A stretch of 64,000 nt of DNA from Candidatus Latescibacterota bacterium (GCA_007136405.1 SLHA01000044.1:3454-67453), one strand, 5' to 3'. Positions 19,629 to 30,707 are shown, counted from the first letter of the stretch. Numbers and translations: made by a program. The notes: generated by a model from the sequence alone, not told the origin.

Positions 19629-20540
19629 TCAGCGCTTACGAGCCTGAAGGCCGTGCTGCAGTTCGTAGGCCTTGATCAGCGCCTGTGTCCCCTCCTGCCC
19701 GAGTCCGGCGTGCTGCACCGCATTCAGGCATTGATGCGCCAGACAGAGCCCCGGCATGGATACTCCCAGTTCATTGGCTGCCTGCAGGACCAGCCGCAGA
19801 TCCTTCTGCTGCAGATCCACCATGAACCCCGGAGCGAAATCGCCTGACAGTATTCTAGGGGCGAGATTGCTCATCATCCACGAGCCGGCGGCTCCACCGC
19901 TGATGGCTGCCAGGACCTTCTCCAGATCCAGTCCTGCAGCCGCAGCCAGCATGAGCGACTCCGCGACCGCCAGGTTGTTGAGTGCACCGGCCACCTGGTT
20001 GCACAGCTTGGTGGTCTGTCCGGCGCCGTGGCCGCCGATGAGGTTGATGCTGGAGCCCAGCACCTCGAGTATCGGCAGGCATTCCTGGAAAACATCGGAA
20101 TCACCGCCAACCATGATCGACAACGTTCCGTTCCGGGCACCAACGTCTCCACCACTCACCGGTGCGTCCAGCATGTCGATCTCAGCCTCGCCCAGTCTGG
20201 CGGCGATGTCGCGCGTGACCCGGGGCGATATGGTGCTCATGTCGATGACCACCGTACCGGGTGGCGCGTCATGAATGATGCCGCCGGATCCCAGCACGAC
20301 CTGCTCCACATCCGGGGAGTCATTTACCATGGTGATGACGACATGGGTATCCGTCGCGGTTTCGCCCGGAGTGGCCACCCGCTGACCGCCGGCATCCACC
20401 ACTTCCTGGACACGCGGGCGATCCGTTCGGTTGTACACTTTGACTTCATAGCCGGCTTCGATCAGGTTGATGGCCATGGGCGCCCCCATGATGCCCAGAC
20501 CTACGAAGCCCACTCGCGTCTTTTCAGGTGTGACTGGCAT
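19629..20540 (-). CDS. NAD(P)-dependent beta-hydroxyacid dehydrogenase (3-HIBADH/GarR family paralogue)
   Basis: GFVGLGIMG, LDAPVSGGD, GAGQTTKLCNQ, PGFMVDLQQKDL. Confidence 0.85.
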   Translation of the reverse strand: MPVTPEKTRVGFVGLGIMGAPMAINLIEAGYEVKVYNRTDRPRVQEVVDAGGQRVATPGETATDTHVVITMVNDSPDVEQVVLGSGGIIHDAPPGTVVIDMSTISPRVTRDIAARLGEAEIDMLDAPVSGGDVGARNGTLSIMVGGDSDVFQECLPILEVLGSSINLIGGHGAGQTTKLCNQVAGALNNLAVAESLMLAAAAGLDLEKVLAAISGGAAGSWMMSNLAPRILSGDFAPGFMVDLQQKDLRLVLQAANELGVSMPGLCLAHQCLNAVQHAGLGQEGTQALIKAYELQHGLQARKR

Positions 20541-20600
20541 CCGTCCTCCTGCCGTGGAGCGGTGGGTGTGCAACGTCCCCGCGCGATGCGAGGATCGGTG

Positions 20601-22418
20601 TCAGTAGATCAGGTTGAATTCGTGGCGATAATCTTCGATGTCCGCCGCATCGAAGACCGCTACGAACCAGTTCTGCACGACCTGCTCGCGCTTGCGGGCC
20701 AGGAGTTCATCGTGCAGCTGCTGATGTTGGGCCGCAAGAGCCTCTGCGTCAATCTCGGACCGATCGAGGACCTTGATCAGGTAGGCGCCACGCGGCGACA
20801 TCTCTACCACCTCACTTACCTCGCCTGGTGGCGTGCGGAACGCGACCCCCGTGAAGGCGGTTTCCCTGCCGACGCCCGGAACCGCCTCCGCGCGCCGGAA
20901 AGGCTCCGGAGTTCTCACCGTCAACTCCGCCTGGTCCGCGGCCGCGGCCAGACCCTCGGTAACGGCCATGCGGCGAACCTCCTCCAACCGCTGCGCGGCC
21001 AGCGCCGTCTCTTTCTGCTGGGTCAACGCTCGCGTCACCGTATCGCGCACCTCCTCCAGCGGAGCCACTCCGGCGTCGCGGCGCCTGGCCAGCTGAGCGA
21101 TCCATAGACCGTCATCGTTGCCGGATACCGGTGTCAACGCGCCAGGTGAGCGTGTGAACATCATGTTGACCATCCAGGCCGTACCCTCGCCGAGGGCGGG
21201 GATGGACGCATCACGTGGTAGAAAGCCGGTATCTCTGATTTCCATCCCCGCAGCCCGAGCCGCCGCGGCCAGCCCCTGCTCTTCGGCCTGGGCGTGAAGC
21301 TGCTCGGCCCGCTCGCGCAACCGATCCGCCGTACGGCGCGAAGGACGGTGCTGCAACAGGATATGCCGAGCCCGGACCTTCTCCTCGCCGTCTTCCTCGA
21401 AGCGTTCTTCCAGCTTGATGAGGTGCCAGCCAAAACGTGTCTCCACCGGCTCGGAAACCTCCCCCTCCTCAAGCGCAAAGACCACTTCATCGAATTGAGG
21501 CACCATGCGACCGCGACCGAAGCTGCCCAGATCGCCACCGCGTGGCGCCGAGCCCGGGTCCTCGGAAACCTGCCGGGCCAGGGTGGCGAAATCCGTGCCG
21601 GCATCGATCTCCTGCGCCAGCATGTCGATCTCCCGGGCGACCGCTGCCGAGTCTTCAGCAGTCGGTACCTTGGGGAAATAGACGTAATCCATACGCACCT
21701 GCTCCGGGTGCTCGTATTCCTGCCGGTTGCGCTGGTAGTATGCGACGATCTCCTCTTCCGTAATCCCGAGACCTGCCTCCTCGAGCCGGACGGGGCGAGC
21801 GTGGACATACTCCACGGTGACCGTCTGATGCTGCTCGGCAAAGTACTCCCGCACCTCGCCGGGGGTCACATGTACGCTCTCCATGAGCAGACGTTGCAGT
21901 TTGTAGTTGCGCAATTGCTCGCGCATCATGCTTTCGATCTGCATCACGAAAGCCTGGTTGGCGGGGTCGCTCAGGGCGGCCGGGTCCGTGATGAACTGCT
22001 CGTACTTTACCGGATCGAACTCGCCATCGGTCTGGAAAGCTTGGAGGTTCCGCACCGCCTGAGGTGGAAATCTGCGGGTGTATTCCGCCACCTCCTCATC
22101 GGTGACCGTGATGTCCAGCTTCTCCATCTCCTGACGTAGAACGATGTCGCGGACGAAATACTCCCACGTCTCCTGAACCAGCTCCGCCTGATCCGGACGC
22201 CGCTCTTCCCTGGCGCGACTCTGGGCGGCGCTGCGCAGGACATCCTGGAACACGTTGAAGGATATCTCTTCACCGTTGACCACTCCGACATTGACCCCTC
22301 TTCCACCCCTGCCGACACGCGAAAAGTCTGCGCCCCATTCGACCACGATCAAGCCGACAAAGGCGAAGATCACCAGCCACAGGATAATCGCGGTTCGTTC
22401 CCGCAGTTTGGTCATCAT
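20601..22418 (-). CDS. PpiD/SurA-like membrane-anchored peptidyl-prolyl isomerase
   Basis: N-terminal TM, SurA_N-like region, parvulin motif [30 protein letters not shown]. Confidence 0.85.
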   Translation of the reverse strand: MMTKLRERTAIILWLVIFAFVGLIVVEWGADFSRVGRGGRGVNVGVVNGEEISFNVFQDVLRSAAQSRAREERRPDQAELVQETWEYFVRDIVLRQEMEKLDITVTDEEVAEYTRRFPPQAVRNLQAFQTDGEFDPVKYEQFITDPAALSDPANQAFVMQIESMMREQLRNYKLQRLLMESVHVTPGEVREYFAEQHQTVTVEYVHARPVRLEEAGLGITEEEIVAYYQRNRQEYEHPEQVRMDYVYFPKVPTAEDSAAVAREIDMLAQEIDAGTDFATLARQVSEDPGSAPRGGDLGSFGRGRMVPQFDEVVFALEEGEVSEPVETRFGWHLIKLEERFEEDGEEKVRARHILLQHRPSRRTADRLRERAEQLHAQAEEQGLAAAARAAGMEIRDTGFLPRDASIPALGEGTAWMVNMMFTRSPGALTPVSGNDDGLWIAQLARRRDAGVAPLEEVRDTVTRALTQQKETALAAQRLEEVRRMAVTEGLAAAADQAELTVRTPEPFRRAEAVPGVGRETAFTGVAFRTPPGEVSEVVEMSPRGAYLIKVLDRSEIDAEALAAQHQQLHDELLARKREQVVQNWFVAVFDAADIEDYRHEFNLIY

Positions 22419-23461
22419 GGCTCGTCGTTCTCCTGCTGTTTGCTGTCCTCTGCTGGAATACTGGCGGCCGGTGCGTCTGCACCGTGCGAATACCGAAGCA
22501 AGCATCCGGTCATATGACCATCGCCCAGATCGGTCAGTTCCGGCACGACGCGCCGGCAGACATCCTGGCATTCCGGACAGCGCGGGTGAAAGGGACATCC
22601 GGCTGGCACCGCCGACGGGTTTGGCACATCGCCGCTCAGAATGGCCCGTCGCCGCGCTTGTCGTGGATCCGGTACGGGTACGGCCGCCAGCAATGCTCTG
22701 GTGTACGGATGCGAAGGGTCACGGTAAAGCTGGTCGCGTGTTGCCAGCTCCACGATGCGTCCCAGATACATCACGGCCACCCGATCCGATATGTGGCGTA
22801 CCACGCTGAGATCATGAGCGATGAACAAGTAGGTCAGATTGAGCTGTTGCTGCAAGTCCTGCAACAGGTTGATGATCTGTGCCTGAATGGAGACATCCAG
22901 CGCCGAGACGGGTTCGTCGGCAACGATGAAATCCGGGTGGACAGCCAATGCCCGGGCTATTCCAATGCGCTGCCGCTGACCGCCGCTGAACTCATGGGGA
23001 TAACGCCGCGCGTACGCCGGCGAGAGCCCGACCATGTCCAGCAATTCGCCAACCCGTGCATCGATGTTGCGCCGCTCCGTGAGCCGATGGATCCGCAGCG
23101 CTTCCCCGATGATACCGCCCACGGTCATGCGCGGGTTCAGCGAGCTGTACGGATCCTGAAAGATGATCTGCATTCTACGGCGCTGTCGACGCATGGCCTT
23201 CGTATCGAGGCTCATGAGGTCCACCCCATCGAAAAGCACCGTCCCCGACGTCGCCGTGATGAGCCGCAACAGCAACCGGCCCAGGGTGGTCTTGCCGCAG
23301 CCGCTCTCCCCTACGACTCCCAGAGTCTCCCCCTGCCGGATGCGCAGATCCACGCCGTCGACAGCCTTGACATAGCCGCGCACCTTGCCCCACAGTCCCG
23401 CGGTGATCGGATAGTGCTTGCGGAGACCTTCCGCCTGGACAAGGGGACGGCTATTGCGCAT
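22415..23461 (-). CDS. Oligo/dipeptide ABC transporter ATP-binding protein (OppF/DppF-like)
   Basis: [37 protein letters not shown]. Confidence 0.93.
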   Translation of the reverse strand: MRNSRPLVQAEGLRKHYPITAGLWGKVRGYVKAVDGVDLRIRQGETLGVVGESGCGKTTLGRLLLRLITATSGTVLFDGVDLMSLDTKAMRRQRRRMQIIFQDPYSSLNPRMTVGGIIGEALRIHRLTERRNIDARVGELLDMVGLSPAYARRYPHEFSGGQRQRIGIARALAVHPDFIVADEPVSALDVSIQAQIINLLQDLQQQLNLTYLFIAHDLSVVRHISDRVAVMYLGRIVELATRDQLYRDPSHPYTRALLAAVPVPDPRQARRRAILSGDVPNPSAVPAGCPFHPRCPECQDVCRRVVPELTDLGDGHMTGCLLRYSHGADAPAASIPAEDSKQQENDEP

Positions 23462-24509
23462 GGCCGCTGACCCTGGCCTGGTCCGCCTGGTCGTCCTTGC
23501 CGGTCATACCGGCGTACCAACACGCGGCCGCGTGACCCTCGGTGAGTTCACGCAGCACGGGCTCCTGCTGCCGGCAACGTTCATCCGCCATGGCGCAACG
23601 AGGCGCGAAGCGGCAGCCTGCCGGGAAGGCCCGGGAGTCGGGCACCATGCCCGGAATGATTTCAAGCCTGTCGCGGTACTGATCCAATCTGGGTACCGAA
23701 GCCATCAGTCCGCGCGTGTAGGGATGAGCATACTCAGTGAACAAGGTGAGAGTATCCGCCTCCTCCACGATCTTACCGGCGTACATTACCGCTACCCGGT
23801 CCGCCATCTCCGCGATGACGCCCAGATCATGGGTGATGAGCAGGACGGCCATGCGAAACTCGTCCTGCAACTGGCGCAGCAGGTCCAGAATCTGCGCCTG
23901 GATGGTCACGTCCAGCGCAGTCGTCGGCTCATCCGCGATGAGCAGCAGTGGATTGCAGACGAGTGCCATGGCAATCATGACCCGTTGCCGCATGCCACCA
24001 CTGAGCTGGTGCGGGTATTCGTTGATCCTCTGTTCCGGAGCCGGGATACCCACGCGCCGCAGCATGTCCAAGGCCCGCTCGCGCGCCTCACTGCGACTGA
24101 CGCGCTGGTGCAGCCGCACGGCTTCCATGATCTGGAACCCGCACGTGAGTACCGGGTTCAGACTGGTCATGGGCTCCTGGAAGATCATGGCAATCTCGTC
24201 ACCGCGGATCCGGCACATCTCTCCTTCATCCAGATCCAGCAGCGACCTGCCTTTCAGCTGGATGGACCCCGTCTCAATCCGGCCCGGCGGCTGCGGAATC
24301 AGGCGCATGACCGACAGGGCGGTAACGCTTTTACCGCAGCCGCTTTCGCCTACCAGGCCCAAAGTTTCGCCCCGGTCCACGTGAAAGGAAACGCCGTCGA
24401 CGGCCAGCCCCGTACCCTCCTCGGAGTGGAAATACGTCCGCAGGTCGCGGACCTCGAGCAAAGGTTCACGCTGACGCGCGGGTTGGATCGTGTCGGCAAT
24501 CCTGGGCAT
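23451..24509 (-). CDS. Oligo/dipeptide ABC transporter ATP-binding protein (OppD/DppD-like)
   Basis: [35 protein letters not shown]. Confidence 0.93.
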   Translation of the reverse strand: MPRIADTIQPARQREPLLEVRDLRTYFHSEEGTGLAVDGVSFHVDRGETLGLVGESGCGKSVTALSVMRLIPQPPGRIETGSIQLKGRSLLDLDEGEMCRIRGDEIAMIFQEPMTSLNPVLTCGFQIMEAVRLHQRVSRSEARERALDMLRRVGIPAPEQRINEYPHQLSGGMRQRVMIAMALVCNPLLLIADEPTTALDVTIQAQILDLLRQLQDEFRMAVLLITHDLGVIAEMADRVAVMYAGKIVEEADTLTLFTEYAHPYTRGLMASVPRLDQYRDRLEIIPGMVPDSRAFPAGCRFAPRCAMADERCRQQEPVLRELTEGHAAACWYAGMTGKDDQADQARVSGHAQ

Positions 24510-24512
24510 GAT

Positions 24513-25394
24513 TCAACAGACAGCCGCGACAGGCTGTGTTTCGGGTGGCGTCAGCGGAGCACGGGCGCTCCGGTCGGCGCGAAGCCTCTCTGCATGCCGG
24601 TAGCGGCTTTCGACCAGTTCGGCGGCCTGCAGGGCCTCGGTTTGGGCCAGACCGTCCGGCTCCAGAACCGCGGGTAAAACGGCGGCGAAACCCTGTGCCA
24701 GAGCGTCGACCAACCGCGGCCATGCCGGGATGCCGGGGCAGCATTCATCGAGCTGGATACTGCCCCGCATCAACCGGTCCAGCCACTCCTGGCGCTGGCT
24801 GCCGGACAAACCCGGGATCAGTTCCACCAGCCGCCTGTGGGCCGGACCGGTCAGCAATGAGCCGTGCTGCAGGATGACGCCGCGCATGCGGCGCTGAGCG
24901 CTACCGACCAGCTTGCGCCCCGCACAGGTCACTTCCGCGCGCGAAGCACTGGAAAAGCACGGCAAGGTAGCCGCCGGTCCCCGGGAACGCTGCCCCTGCC
25001 TGCCGGCGCGTTCCAGTTCCGCGGGTACGCCCGCCCGCTGCAATCCGGCAACCAGGCATGCACCGATCCGTCTGGTGGTGACCTCCACGGACCCGCCCAC
25101 CTGTGGATCATCGACGGCGCAGACCACGCTGTAGGTCAACTCCTCCCAGTGCAGGACGGCGCGCCCGCCGGTGGGCCGGCGCACGATATCTATACCTGCG
25201 GCCCGACAACGCTCCGGATCCAGCTCACGCTGCAGATCCTGTCCATAACCCAACGATACGGCCGGAGGATCCCAGCGGTAAAACCGCAGGACGGGTCGCC
25301 CGCCGCCGGCAACAGACTGGATCAGAGCTTCGTCCACAGCCATGTTGCAGGCCCCGCTGGCCGGGCCGGTGTCGAGCCGGCGCCAGGACCGCAT
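24513..25394 (-). CDS. Lipoate-protein ligase family (LipM-like octanoyltransferase)
   Basis: NMAVDEAL, VRRPTGGRAVLH, RKLVGSAQ, QHGS. Confidence 0.85.
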   Translation of the reverse strand: MRSWRRLDTGPASGACNMAVDEALIQSVAGGGRPVLRFYRWDPPAVSLGYGQDLQRELDPERCRAAGIDIVRRPTGGRAVLHWEELTYSVVCAVDDPQVGGSVEVTTRRIGACLVAGLQRAGVPAELERAGRQGQRSRGPAATLPCFSSASRAEVTCAGRKLVGSAQRRMRGVILQHGSLLTGPAHRRLVELIPGLSGSQRQEWLDRLMRGSIQLDECCPGIPAWPRLVDALAQGFAAVLPAVLEPDGLAQTEALQAAELVESRYRHAERLRADRSARAPLTPPETQPVAAVC

Positions 25395-26146
25395 TACAGG
25401 ACACCCAGCCGCTGCAGCGCATCTCGCGCCGCCATCTGTTGCGCATTCTTCTTGCTGCGGCCCTCGCCTCTTCCCAGAATCCGGCCGTTCACGCTCACCT
25501 CCACGCTGAAAACCTTGCAGTGGTCGGGTCCCGCTTCGGCATGCACCAGATAGCGGGGATGTCCGTCTCCGGTACTCTGGGCGTGTTCGAGCAGTTTGCT
25601 CTTGTAGTTGGTGTAATCCTCCCGCTCGATCAGTTCACCGAAGTCGTCCAGGATGAGTTCGTCCACCAGGCGACGCGCGGCCCCCAGGCCTCCATCGAGG
25701 TATACCGCGCCGATGATGGCCTCCAGAACATCGCCCAGGATGGAAGGCTGTCGCGCGCCTCCCGCCTGGCGTTCTTCCGGGCTCAGCAGCACATATGCAT
25801 CCAGCTCTGCGGCCTCCGCCTTGCGCGCCAGCACGGTGCGGCTGACCACCAGCGACTTCATCTCGGTCAGATCCCCCTCCCGCCGGTTCGGGTAACGCCG
25901 ATAGAGGAAATCCGCCACGATCAGATCCAACACAGCGTCGCCGAGAAATTCGAGCCGCTCGTTGGAATCTATCCCGTGCCCGAAATTCGCGTACACGTAC
26001 GACCGGTGCTTGAGCGCCCGAATCAACAATTCGTCGTCTCTAAAGCGGTAATGCAGCCGCTTCTCCAGTTGCCGCCTGAGACCGCGTTCCGTACCGGAAC
26101 CCGTTCGTTTCAGGCGATCAAGTATGAATGTGCGAAACAATCCCAT
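25394..26146 (-). CDS. rnc: Ribonuclease III
   Basis: NERLEFLGDAVL signature, EAIIGAVYLDGG, dsRBD NYKSKL...SKKNAQQ. Confidence 0.97.
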   Translation of the reverse strand: MGLFRTFILDRLKRTGSGTERGLRRQLEKRLHYRFRDDELLIRALKHRSYVYANFGHGIDSNERLEFLGDAVLDLIVADFLYRRYPNRREGDLTEMKSLVVSRTVLARKAEAAELDAYVLLSPEERQAGGARQPSILGDVLEAIIGAVYLDGGLGAARRLVDELILDDFGELIEREDYTNYKSKLLEHAQSTGDGHPRYLVHAEAGPDHCKVFSVEVSVNGRILGRGEGRSKKNAQQMAARDALQRLGVL

Positions 26147-26231
26147 GGATACCGCACCCGGGGTGTGCTGGGCCTGCATGCGTCTTCACGTTGAACCGGC
26201 ACCGGGATACTCCGGCGCCCGCCCATGGGTA

Positions 26232-26290
26232 CCGGGTGTCACGTCCTGACTGCCGCGTGTACACGGACAATAGAGGTGCGTGACACCCGG
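26232..26290 (-). promoter_or_regulatory. Long hairpin in rnc leader (candidate RNase III site)
   Basis: Perfect 12-bp arms CCGGGTGTCACG / CGTGACACCCGG with further imperfect inner pairing. Confidence 0.5.
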
Positions 26291-26331
26291 AATGCCAGGT
26301 GGCTCCGGCGCAGGCGGCGGAGAAGGCGGGA

Positions 26332-27576
26332 TTATCCGGCAAACCGGCCGAAAACCAGGACTGCGTTGTGCCCGCCGAAACCGAATGAAGTGTTGATCGC
26401 GTAACGCACCGGCATGCGACGGCAGATGTTGGGCACGTAATCCAGATCACACTCGGGATCCGGGTCTTCGAGGTTGATCGTCGGCGGGATGACACCGTGC
26501 CGGAGGGACAACACGCAGGCTACGCTTTCCACCGCCGCCGTTGCACCCAGCAGATGGCCGGTCATGGACTTGGTGGAACTCACTGCCAGCCGGCCGGCAT
26601 GCGCCCCGAAAACGGCCTTCAACGCCGCGGTTTCCTGCACGTCGCCCAGCAGTGTCGACGTGCCGTGGGCGTTGACATAGTCGATCGCATCAGGCGCCAG
26701 CCCGGCATCGCGCAACGCCGCGCGAATGGCCCGTGCCCCGCCCTCTCCGCCCGGAGCCATCGCCGTCTGATGATAGGCGTCCGCCGTGTACCCTACGCCC
26801 AACACCTCCGCCAATATGTCCGCGCCACGCTTCCGGGCGTGCTCCATGTCTTCCAGAATCAGTGCCGCCGCGCCTTCACTGAGGACGAAGCCGTCCCGTC
26901 CCCGGTCGAACGGGCGACTGGCCCTGGTCGGTTCATCGTTGCGCGTGGACAGGGCCCTGGCGGCGGCGAAACCGGCGATGGAGATGGGTGTCACCGCAGC
27001 CTCCGAACCGCCCCCGACCATCACCTCGGCCTCGCCGTACTGGATCTTGCGGGTGGCTTCCCCGATGGCGTGAGCCGCCGAAGCACACGCCGAAACCGCG
27101 GCGTAGTTGGGTCCTTTGGCGCCCAGTTTCATGGAGATCATCCCAGCCGCCATGTCACAGATCATCATCGGGACGTACATGGGGCTGATGCGGGCAGGCC
27201 CCTTTTCCATGAGCACCGTGTGCTGCTGCTCATGGGTTCCGATGCCACCGATCCCCGATCCCCAGATGACTCCGATCCGTTCCGGATCCTCGCGTTCCAG
27301 GTCCAGGCCGCTGTGCCGCACGGCCCGGCTGGCGACCGCCACCGCGTAATGCGTGAACGCATCGTTGCGGCGGATCTCCTTGCGATCCAGTTCGGGAGAG
27401 GGATCGAAATCCTTGAGTTCCCCCGCGATGCGCACGTCATGAGACCGCGCATCGAAACGCGTGATCGGACCGATGCCGGAGCGCCCGTTCTGCAAGGCGT
27501 CCCAGAACGATGTCAGGTCTCCGCCGTTGGGGGCCACTACCTCCATACCGGTGATGGCCACACGTCGCTTGGTCAA
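26332..27576 (-). CDS. fabF: 3-oxoacyl-ACP synthase II
   Basis: SACAS, ASRPFD, NAHGTST, KSMTGHLLGA, SFGFGGHN; TTG start after AGGAG. Confidence 0.96.
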   Translation of the reverse strand: MTKRRVAITGMEVVAPNGGDLTSFWDALQNGRSGIGPITRFDARSHDVRIAGELKDFDPSPELDRKEIRRNDAFTHYAVAVASRAVRHSGLDLEREDPERIGVIWGSGIGGIGTHEQQHTVLMEKGPARISPMYVPMMICDMAAGMISMKLGAKGPNYAAVSACASAAHAIGEATRKIQYGEAEVMVGGGSEAAVTPISIAGFAAARALSTRNDEPTRASRPFDRGRDGFVLSEGAAALILEDMEHARKRGADILAEVLGVGYTADAYHQTAMAPGGEGGARAIRAALRDAGLAPDAIDYVNAHGTSTLLGDVQETAALKAVFGAHAGRLAVSSTKSMTGHLLGATAAVESVACVLSLRHGVIPPTINLEDPDPECDLDYVPNICRRMPVRYAINTSFGFGGHNAVLVFGRFAG

Positions 27577-27660
27577 AGTTTCACTCCTGATCCAAGGCGG
27601 TGCGGGCACGGTGCAACCGCGAGCCGGCGCCCGCCACGAGACTACGGCCTGCGGTCCGCC

Positions 27661-27900
27661 TCAGGTCCGGCTATTTTCGTCCAGATACTTGATCGCGTCA
27701 GCCACCGAGGTGATCTTCTCCGCATCTTCGTCCGGAATGTCGATTCCGAACTCTTCCTCGAACGCCATCACGAGTTCCACCGTGTCCAGCGAATCCGCAC
27801 CCAGATCATCGATGAACGAAGCCTCGGGTTTGACCTGATCAGCGTTAACCCCGAGCTGCTCGACGATGAGCTCACGCACTCTGTCTTCAATGGAAGCCAT
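27661..27900 (-). CDS. acpP: Acyl carrier protein
   Basis: [20 protein letters not shown]. Confidence 0.98.
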   Translation of the reverse strand: MASIEDRVRELIVEQLGVNADQVKPEASFIDDLGADSLDTVELVMAFEEEFGIDIPDEDAEKITSVADAIKYLDENSRT

Positions 27901-27998
27901 GGGATCCTCCCTGTGGTATGGTTTTATGGCTCAGTTTCCGGACTCAATGACGGAAATGAAGGCTTCGAATAACGACTACTGCACCTGCATCGGCAAGC

Positions 27999-28454
27999 TT
28001 ACACGCGGTCAGCGAGCACGGCCATGATCTCCGCCTCGGCGGCAATCTGACCATCGACGACCGCCTGGCCGCGCAACTTGCAGGTTGCCCGGCGCGCTCT
28101 GGTGACATCCACTTCCAGTATCAGCCGGTCTCCCGGCACTACCTGCTTGCGAAACCGGACACGATCCATGCCGGCGAAAAAAGGAATCTTGCTGCCGGGA
28201 TCCTCCATGGCCGAGAGCATCATGATGGCCCCCGCCTGTGCCATGGCTTCCACGATCAGTACGCCCGGCATCACGGCATATCCGGGAAAGTGTCCCTGGA
28301 AGAACGGCTCATCGGCACTGACATTTTTTACTGCTACGATGCGCTCGGCAGGGATCAACTCCGTCACGCGATCGATGTACAGAAAGGGGTACCGGTGCGG
28401 TAAAAGCGCTTTGATGGACTCGATGTCCATGATCTGTGAAGACTGTTTTGCCAT
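27999..28454 (-). CDS. fabZ: 3-hydroxyacyl-ACP dehydratase
   Basis: LPHRYPFL, FFQGHFP, MPGVLIVEAMAQ. Confidence 0.96.
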   Translation of the reverse strand: MAKQSSQIMDIESIKALLPHRYPFLYIDRVTELIPAERIVAVKNVSADEPFFQGHFPGYAVMPGVLIVEAMAQAGAIMMLSAMEDPGSKIPFFAGMDRVRFRKQVVPGDRLILEVDVTRARRATCKLRGQAVVDGQIAAEAEIMAVLADRV

Positions 28455-28522
28455 ACGGTCCTGCATTCCTGGTGAGGCTGCCCCGAAACAGGCAAGCCGG
28501 GTGCGCTCCGAACCGGCATGGA

Positions 28523-29275
28523 TTACATGGCCATTCCGCCGTTGACCGCCAGTACCTGTCCGGTGATGTAGGAGGCGTCCTCCGAGGCAAGAAAGACCAC
28601 TGCCCGGGCCACGTCTTGCGGCGTACCGGGACGCCCCAGAGGTACCTGCGACAGCATGGCCTGGCGGGCCCCTTCCGGCAGTTTGTCCGTCATCTCCGTG
28701 GCGATGAATCCGGGCGCGACGGCGTTGACCGTGATGTTGCGGCCGGCCAGCTCCCGCGCCAGTGAACGGGTCAGGCCCAGAATGCCGGCTTTTGAGGCGG
28801 CATAGTTGGCCTGGCCGGGATTGCCGTTGGTGCCCACCACCGAGGATATGCTGATGATGCGTCCGCGGCGTGCCTTGATCATGGGCCGGACGGCAGCCTT
28901 GCAGCAGTTGAAGACCCCTTTCAGGTTGATATCGAGCACGGCATCCCAGTCATCTTCGCTCATGCGCATGAGCAATCCGTCACGGGTGATGCCCGCATTG
29001 TTGACCAGAATGTCGATGCGGCCCAGCCGCTCCACCGTTCGCTCCACGCCCTCCTGCACGGATACGGGGCGCGAAACATCCATCTGAACGGAAATACTGC
29101 CGTTCGGCAGCTCGTCAGCGACCTCTTGAGCCGCCACAACGTCGATGTCCGCCACCGCCAGCCGCGCTCCTGCCGCCGCCAGAGCCTCTGATATGGCCCG
29201 GCCGATGCCTCGGCCTCCGCCGGTCACCAGGGCGACACTGTCGCGCAGACGGCGATCACTCAGGATCTGTTCCAT
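28523..29275 (-). CDS. fabG: 3-oxoacyl-ACP reductase
   Basis: TGGGRGIG, NNAGITRD, GQANYAASK. Confidence 0.95.
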   Translation of the reverse strand: MEQILSDRRLRDSVALVTGGGRGIGRAISEALAAAGARLAVADIDVVAAQEVADELPNGSISVQMDVSRPVSVQEGVERTVERLGRIDILVNNAGITRDGLLMRMSEDDWDAVLDINLKGVFNCCKAAVRPMIKARRGRIISISSVVGTNGNPGQANYAASKAGILGLTRSLARELAGRNITVNAVAPGFIATEMTDKLPEGARQAMLSQVPLGRPGTPQDVARAVVFLASEDASYITGQVLAVNGGMAM

Positions 29276-29329
29276 ACGAGAAGGTTACCTCCGATGTAAC
29301 TTCCCGAACCGCATGTACGTCCGGGATCG

Positions 29330-30355
29330 CTATGTATTTCCGGGATCGCTCCGGTTTTCCCACCGCAGCAGTACGCTGCCCCATGTATAACCCCCGCCCA
29401 CCCCGGCCAGCAGAACCAGATCCCCCGATTCCAGACGTTCCTGCTGGAAGGCCTCTGACAGGGCGATCGGGACGGTAGCCGCCGTGGTGTTGGCGAAGCG
29501 ATCGATGTTGACCATGACTTTTTCGGCAGGCAGCTTCAGCCGCTGCGCCGCTGCCTGGATGATGCGGTAATTCGCCTGATGCGGCACGAACAGCTTGAGA
29601 TCCGCGCCGGTGAGTCCGTTGCGCTCGAGCACCGTGGCGCAGACCTCGGCCATGCGCGCCACGGCGAACTTGAACACCGACCGTCCGTCCTGTTGCACGT
29701 AGTGCAGGCGCTGGTCCACCGTTTCATGGGATGCCGGCATCATACTGCCTCCCGCGGGCACGGACAGACAGCCGGCGCCGGCTCCATCTGCGCGCAGCTC
29801 GAAATCCAGCAGTCCCGCGTTGGCCGTCTGAGCGGGTTCCAGCAACACGCCACCGGCTCCGTCCCCGAAAAGGATGCACGTGGAGCGGTCGGTAAAATCC
29901 GTGATGGCACTCATCTTGTCCGCACCGATGACCAGCACCTTCCGATGCGCACCGGTCTGGATGAACTGAGCGCCGGCCACCAACGCGTAGATGAAACCGG
30001 TGCAGGCGGCAGACAGATCATAGGCCCATGCACGAGTGGCGCGTACGGCATGCTGGACCAGACAGGCAGTGGAAGGGAAAAGCATGTCCGGCGTGGCGGT
30101 AGCCACTATGATGAGATCGATCTCGGCAGGATCCAGATCACGGGCCGCGATGATCCTCTCAGCCACCTTGATGGCCATGTACGAGGTGGGCTGCCCGTCC
30201 AGGATATGGCGCTCGACGACCCCGGTCCGCTCCCGGATCCACTCATCCGATGTATCGACGAGTTTCTCCAGATCATGGTTGGTCAGAACTCTGTCCGGCA
30301 GGTACCGCTCCACCGCGGTAATGATGGCGCCATGTTGACCGGTGCGTTGTCCCAC
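29330..30355 (-). CDS. fabH: 3-oxoacyl-ACP synthase III
   Basis: DLSAACTGF, FGDGAG, PHQAN, ANT, GGGYTWG. Confidence 0.95.
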   Translation of the reverse strand: MGQRTGQHGAIITAVERYLPDRVLTNHDLEKLVDTSDEWIRERTGVVERHILDGQPTSYMAIKVAERIIAARDLDPAEIDLIIVATATPDMLFPSTACLVQHAVRATRAWAYDLSAACTGFIYALVAGAQFIQTGAHRKVLVIGADKMSAITDFTDRSTCILFGDGAGGVLLEPAQTANAGLLDFELRADGAGAGCLSVPAGGSMMPASHETVDQRLHYVQQDGRSVFKFAVARMAEVCATVLERNGLTGADLKLFVPHQANYRIIQAAAQRLKLPAEKVMVNIDRFANTTAATVPIALSEAFQQERLESGDLVLLAGVGGGYTWGSVLLRWENRSDPGNT

Positions 30356-30524
30356 ACCCCCTCGCTTCCCCTGAGACGAGTCCAATAGGCAATGACCGTT
30401 TTTCAGACCCTAACCGTCCCGGTGACGCCGGCTCCCGGCATGCAGCTGTTGCGCGTCACACTACCGGCTCCGGTGCGGCCTGGTGCCCGCAGAGCCGCCC
30501 GCCCTGAAGAACCGCATTACGGAT

Positions 30525-30707
30525 TCAGACTTCGGGCTCGACGTAACTTCGCCCCCGGTAGAAGCCACAGCTGGGGCAGACCCGGTGAGGAGCGCTCGGT
30601 TGACCGCAGTGAGCGCAGGAATTCACCGTGGGTATGGCAGCCTTCCAATGAGTCCGCCGCTTGTCACGGCGCGTGCGCGATATTCTCCTTTTAGGTACAG
30701 CGGCCAC
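30525..30707 (-). CDS. rpmF: 50S ribosomal protein L32 (Zn-ribbon form)
   Basis: AVPKRRISRTRRDKRRTH, CxxC...PHRVCxxCGFY. Confidence 0.95.
   Translation of the reverse strand: MAAVPKRRISRTRRDKRRTHWKAAIPTVNSCAHCGQPSAPHRVCPSCGFYRGRSYVEPEV

Noticed and set aside
30390-30520. plsX remnant (GHQAAPEPVV resembling GGDHAP)
   Set aside because: Similarity too short and frame-broken to support
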